The notes beneath the pieces were generated by a model. The model saw only the letters and a list, made by a program, of their open reading frames with translations. It had not been told where the DNA came from and did not search any database. This document shows positions 59,312 through 64,000 of a stretch of DNA of 64,000 nucleotides, piece after piece. Source of the DNA: Octopus sinensis (taxonomy: Eukaryota); assembly GCF_006345805.1 (NCBI RefSeq), contig NW_021832597.1:1-64000 (forward strand), in the 5' to 3' direction. Each line of letters begins with the position of its first letter. Position 1 is the first letter of the stretch. The translations under genes were made by a program, and so were the position numbers.

Positions 59312-60774
59312 CACTAGGTGCAAAAAAAACCGTTTTTTCGAAATATCAAAAATTTACTATGCAACTATATTGTTTTTATTAAAGAATTGAATAATTTATC
59401 ATTTTTTAACACTAGTTTTATTTTTATATTTGAACTTGTATTCATTTTTACATAACAAATTATAACTAACAAAAAATCAAACGCAATAAAAAACCGTTTT
59501 ATTTTTGATTATTTAAAGTTAGTATTCAATATGGTCCCCTTTTGCCTTAAAAAGCTTTTGTGCTCTATTCGGCATGCTTTCGATTAATTTTTTTTATAAA
59601 ACTAATCGGTATTTCGTTCCAAATATTTTCGATTTTTTCTTTCAATTCCGAAACATTCTTTGGATGAAAGGTGTTTAATTCCCTCTTCATATGAGCCCAT
59701 ATATGTTCGATCGGATTTAAATCCGGTGATTGAGGTGCCCATAGTAAAAGGTTTACTTTCTTTTCTTGAAAAAATCGCATAGTCATCTTGGAAGTATGAC
59801 ATGGTGCCATGTCTTGTTGGAAAATAAAGTCACTAAGCTCCATTTTTTTTGCAGATTCCCATAAATGGTTACATAGTGTGTTGATATAAAGTGCGGAATT
59901 CATATTACCGTGTATAAAAGCAAGCGAGCCCATTCCGTAATAAGAAAAACAGCCCCAGACCATAACTTTCCCCCCACCAAATTTTACAGCAGGCGAAAGG
60001 TTGCTTTTTTGAAGGCCTGTATTGTTTTTCCGATAACAATATTGCCGTTTTTTAATATTAAAAACTTCGAAACTGCATTCGTCACTGAAAATTGTCCTCA
60101 TCCATTCAGTGTTTGGGACAGTAATGAAATGCTTTGCCATGTTATAGCGTTTTTCACTATTTATTTTGTTCAATAATGGTTTTTTTCTACATACACGAGC
60201 ATATATTTGCTCCCTTCTTAAATAATTTGCGATGGATCTTTTACCGACTGTTCTTCCGGTTATTTTACGGAGATCATTCCTTAAGCAATCAGCTTTTTTT
60301 GGGGGTCCTCTTTAACCAGGTTGAGTAAAATAAAGATATCGTCCTTATTAAGAATTTTTGGTCTCCCCGAACCTTTCATTCTTTCAGTCGTACCATATTT
60401 AATGAATTTTCGGATGAAGTCAGCGATAGTTGATCGCGGGATATTAAGCTCGTCAGATATTTTTTTAGTGGTCCAATTTAACGCATTCAAGCTTAGAATC
60501 TTTCCTTTTGTTATTACATCGAGCATTCGTAATTTTATCGAGGGTTAAAATTCTAAAAAAAGTAAAAAATGTCACATTCACCAGAATAAACGGTTTTTTA
60601 TTGCCCTTGTGTAATTAAAATTTTTAATTTAGACATATAACACAATACAAAAAAATATAACAAAATTGATTTAGGGTTAATTTAATGATCCCTTTCGATA
60701 TCAACAAAGAAAAATCACGGTTATCTTTGCAAAATATGCCGTATTTAAAAAAACGGTTTTTTTTGCACCTAGTT
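59312..60774 (-). mobile_element. Full-length Tc1-family DD34E transposon, IR/DR type (1463 bp), same lineage as 7404-8862
   Basis: TIR cactaggtgcaaaaaaaaccgtttttt with TA flanks (last base mismatched). Inner aataaa..ccgttt repeats. Transposase 60526 to 59519 with IFSDE, QQDMAPCH, SPDLNPIE and homopolymer frameshifts. Confidence 0.92.
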
Positions 60775-62194
60775 TATGTTCCATACATATCATTATTATT
60801 TTTTATTTCATAAAATTCTCTTAAAAGATTAAAATAATAAATAAGTAGCACAATCATTAATGTGATACAAATTATAGATCAGACAGATATATAGCTTGTG
60901 TGAAATAATCATCCTCTAATTCGAACTGTAAACATTTTGTGTGCGCAATCGTGCCCATTATATAAATACTGGCGGATTCTGATCCTACACCCGAACTCCT
61001 GGTTTACAGCCTCTCACGCATATTTTACAAGAAAATCAATTTCAGATATTCTTTGAAGAGGGCTGAAATGTTTTGAAATTTTGGGTTTTTTGGGGAATAT
61101 TAATTTATTTTAATATTCTTGCAAAATCCAACTTGTGCCAATCGGCAAAATATTAAAAAACAGCGAATTCCATATAATCATATAAACAAATGAGGGTGAA
61201 AGTTCTTTCGAAATTTTAGCAATACCTAAAAACTAATTTTTGTAATTATTTGTCTGAAAAATTAGATAAAATTGAATTTATCTTTGATTTTTACGAATTT
61301 ATTGAATGCTTACGAACTCAAAGTAAATTTTGTAGGACATTTCAACACAACGATATGTGATACGCAGAAAGAGTAATTGTCAGCAGCACAGGTACTCCAG
61401 TATTTGCGAGATGTGCCACTTTAACCTATTTATCATGGCTACTGTCTTAATTCAGTCAATATAATTAGAGTTTTGAGATTTAGGATAATGAAACTAAGAA
61501 TTTACACTGGAAGACCGTCCTATGGTTTAGTTTTATTGATAACTAGCTCGGCAGCTCGCTTCGCTCACCGCGACCTAGCTCCTGCGGAGGGCCTGTTTCA
61601 TCAAACAACTATAAGTTATGTAGATGTATAAAACTACCTGGTTTAATGTAACCCTATTCTATCGCCTGTTGATAAACGATGTTTGTCGTCCGTCCTTCCT
61701 TGGCATATATGAATAAATTTTCTCTTCTGCCTACCCTCGAGCATCCCACATACAGCTGTCCATGTGAAAAGCACTCACTCTCTAAAAATAACCCAACTAC
61801 TTTAATGACTGTCCCTGGGCCTTGTTTATGTCATTGCAAACTTTTTTTTCATTTTTTGTGGTTATTTTTTTTATATTTAATTTTTTCATTTTTCCTTTGT
61901 AATTTCCTTTTTTTTCTTTTTTTATTTTTACTGGCGGAAATGGGGCAGGGGAGATACGGCAGGCGGAAATGCGGCAGGCAAGAAAGCGACACACAAAAAA
62001 ATTTAATTAATTACCTTATTAAGCTGACCGTTTTTTCTTCAGCTTCGTTTTTCCTCCTTCGGTTATCTATTTAAAAAATTATTTTTGAATAATAAAAAAG
62101 TTTAGGAAAAGAGGCATACCGAAAATAAATTCTATCTTTACGAAAAACTCAAGTAAATAGTTAATATTTTTACGCAAATTCTTCTGATTGCGCT

Positions 62195-62396
62195 GTCAAT
62201 TGGTGGTAAATTGTGTTAATGGTTGTGCTAATGTGGTTTCAACTATCAAAGTGTTTTTCAAAATCTGTTAATTGCACACTCTATTCAAGGTCGTGCGTCA
62301 ATTGGTGGTAATTGTGTTAATGATTGTGCTAATGTGGTTTCAACTATCAAAGTGGTTTTTCAAAATCGTTAATTGCACACTCTATTCAAAGTCGTG
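62195..62396. repeat. Two tandem copies of an about 102-bp unit
   Basis: gtcaattggtggtaa...ctattcaa(g/a)gtcgtgc starting at 62195 and 62297. Confidence 0.9.
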
Positions 62397-62604
62397 CAAT
62401 CTGTGATTGCACATTCTGTCAAAGTCAATATGATAATAGCTTTAATTTTGATTCATGGTCGATAATGATAATGCATTTAATTTTAAAGAAAAACATAGGA
62501 TGAATTCAATTTCTTATATCGCGAATAATTGGGAGTTCATCATTGTTAATATTCTCGCTGTCGTTTTCATCAAGGATATTCTTAATACGTGAGATTTTTG
62601 CCTT

Positions 62605-63862
62605 GAAGGTTTTAATGGACCTCATCATGAATGTCGAGGACATTCGCGTTGTTCATTTAATCAAAATGCAGAAAATAATTTTTTGATTTTTTGGGGGAAA
62701 GGTTTTAAGGACTTCATCATGTAAGTCGAGGACATTGTAGTTGTTCATTTTAACCAAAATGCAGAAAATTTTTTTTAATTTTTTTGGGGGGGAAGGTTTT
62801 AAGGACTTCATCATGTAAGTTGAGGACATTGTAGTTGTTCATTTTAACCAAAATGCAGAAAATTTTTTTTTAATTTTTTTTGGGGGGAAGGTTTTAAGGA
62901 CTTCATCATGTAAGTCGAGGACATTGTAGTTGTTCATTTTACCAAAATGCAGAATTTTTTTTTAATTTTTTTGGGGGGGAAGGTTTTAAGGACTTCATCA
63001 TGTAAGTCGAGGACATTGTAGTTGTTCATTTTAACCAAAATGCAGAAATTTTTTTTAATTTTTTTTGGGGGGAAGGTTTTAAGGACCTCATCATGTAAGT
63101 CGAGGACATTGTACTTGTTCATTTTAACCAAAATGCAGAAAATTTTTTTTAATTTTTTTTGGGGGGAAGGTTTTAAGGACTTCATCATGTAAGTTGAGGA
63201 CATTGTAGTTGTTCATTTTAACCAAAATGCAGAAATTTTTTTTTAATTTTTTTTGGGGGGAAGGTTTTAAGGACTTCATCATGTAAGTCGAGGACATTGT
63301 AGTTGTTCATTTTAACCAAAATGCAGAAATTTTTTTTTAATTTTTTTGGGGGGGGAAGTTTTAAGGACTTCATCATGTAAGTCGAGGACATTGTAGTTGT
63401 TCATTTTACCAAAATGCAGAAATTTTTTTTTAATTTTTTTGGGGGGGAAGGTTTTAGGACCTCATCATGTAAGTCGAGGACATTGTACTTGTTCATTTTA
63501 AAACAAATGCAGAAATTTTTTTTAATTTTTTTTGGGGGGAAGGTTTTAAGGACTTCATCATGTAAGTCGAGGACATTGTAGTTGTTCATTTTAACCAAAA
63601 TGCAAGAAATTTTTTTTTAATTTTTTTTGGGGGGGAAGGTTTTAAGGACTTCATCATGTAAGTCGAGGACATTGTAGTTGTTCATTTTAACCAAAATGCA
63701 GAAAATTTTTTTTTAATTTTTTTTGGGGGGAAGGTTTTAAGACCTCATCATGTAAGTCGAGGACATCGTAGTTGTTCATTTTGACCAAAACGCAGAAAAA
63801 TTTTTTTTTAATTTTTGGGGGGAAGGTTTTAAGGACCTCATCATGTAAGTCGAGGACATCGT
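62605..63862. repeat. Tandem satellite, about 13.4 copies of an about 94-bp unit
   Basis: Unit starts at 62608, 62701, 62795, 62890, 62982, 63075, 63169, 63263, 63358, 63450, 63542, 63638, 63733, 63825. Variation is mainly in T/G/A run length; edge copies are more diverged. Confidence 0.97.
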
Positions 63863-63882
63863 ATTGCCAATTTGAAGTTGGT

Positions 63883-63946
63883 GTGCACACACACACAGAC
63901 AGACAGACACACAGACAGACACAAGACAGACAGACAGACACACACC
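63883..63946. repeat. (CA)n/(CAGA)n compound microsatellite
   Basis: cacacacacacagacagacagacacacagacag... Confidence 0.95.
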
Positions 63947-64000
63947 ATACCATTTTATTATTAAGATATATTTCAATGAATGGAGTCTAGACGGGAAACT

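Larger units (their letters stand above)
61543..63966 (-). mobile_element. Non-autonomous Helitron carrying tandem repeats
   Basis: On the minus strand it starts TCTTAATAATAAAA followed by a (TGTC)/(TG) microsatellite, and ends in a GC hairpin with a GCGAAGC core plus CTAG. Inserted between A and T, no TSD. Confidence 0.75.

Noticed and set aside
62605-63862. CRISPR array or telomeric T4G4-like repeat
   Set aside because: Units are contiguous with no unique spacers, no cas genes, eukaryotic context. The T/G runs are a small part of a 94-bp unit and unique DNA follows.
62934-63990. Short ORFs (MSSTYMMKSLKP..., MVKMNNYNVLDL...)
   Set aside because: Translations of the satellite and microsatellite, not genes.
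1-64000. tRNA, rRNA, snRNA genes and prokaryotic systems
   Set aside because: No cloverleaf, rRNA or snRNA signature recognised by eye and no bacterial-type operon. tRNAscan-SE and Infernal were not run, so small RNAs could be missed.

Overview
Eukaryotic (animal) genomic DNA from a very compact, transposon-rich genome. The RPS9 N-terminus (MVNRRIP...[10 protein letters not shown]) looks protostome-like. Genes carry many tiny GT-AG introns (about 22-34 nt where I could check them), which fits a dicyemid-type mesozoan; that assignment is inference. The genetic code appears standard. Host genes: UBA1, a divergent H3.3-like histone, a large EGF/TSP1/NIDO/AMOP/VWD membrane mucin, a secreted protein with about 13 resistin/PCSK9-like Cys modules, RPS9, an F-BAR/SH3 protein, an inositol-phosphate kinase, V-ATPase A, Tra2, a PHF3/DIDO-like protein, a GYF protein and ICMT, plus decayed UTP18 and PCF11-like copies. 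They are interleaved with Jockey/I-like, RTE and CRE-like LINE pieces, Tc1 IR/DR elements, pogo and IS630 remnants, nested hAT elements/MITEs, and a Helitron carrying a 94-bp satellite. The most unusual signal is a kb-scale G-rich to C-rich strand-skew wave through the housekeeping-gene islands, which ignores gene orientation and sometimes gene boundaries. Next is an operon-like gene spacing with acceptor-like AG sites just upstream of start codons. Many single-base frameshifts fall in homopolymers and may be sequencing errors. All compositional statements are by eye, not computed.
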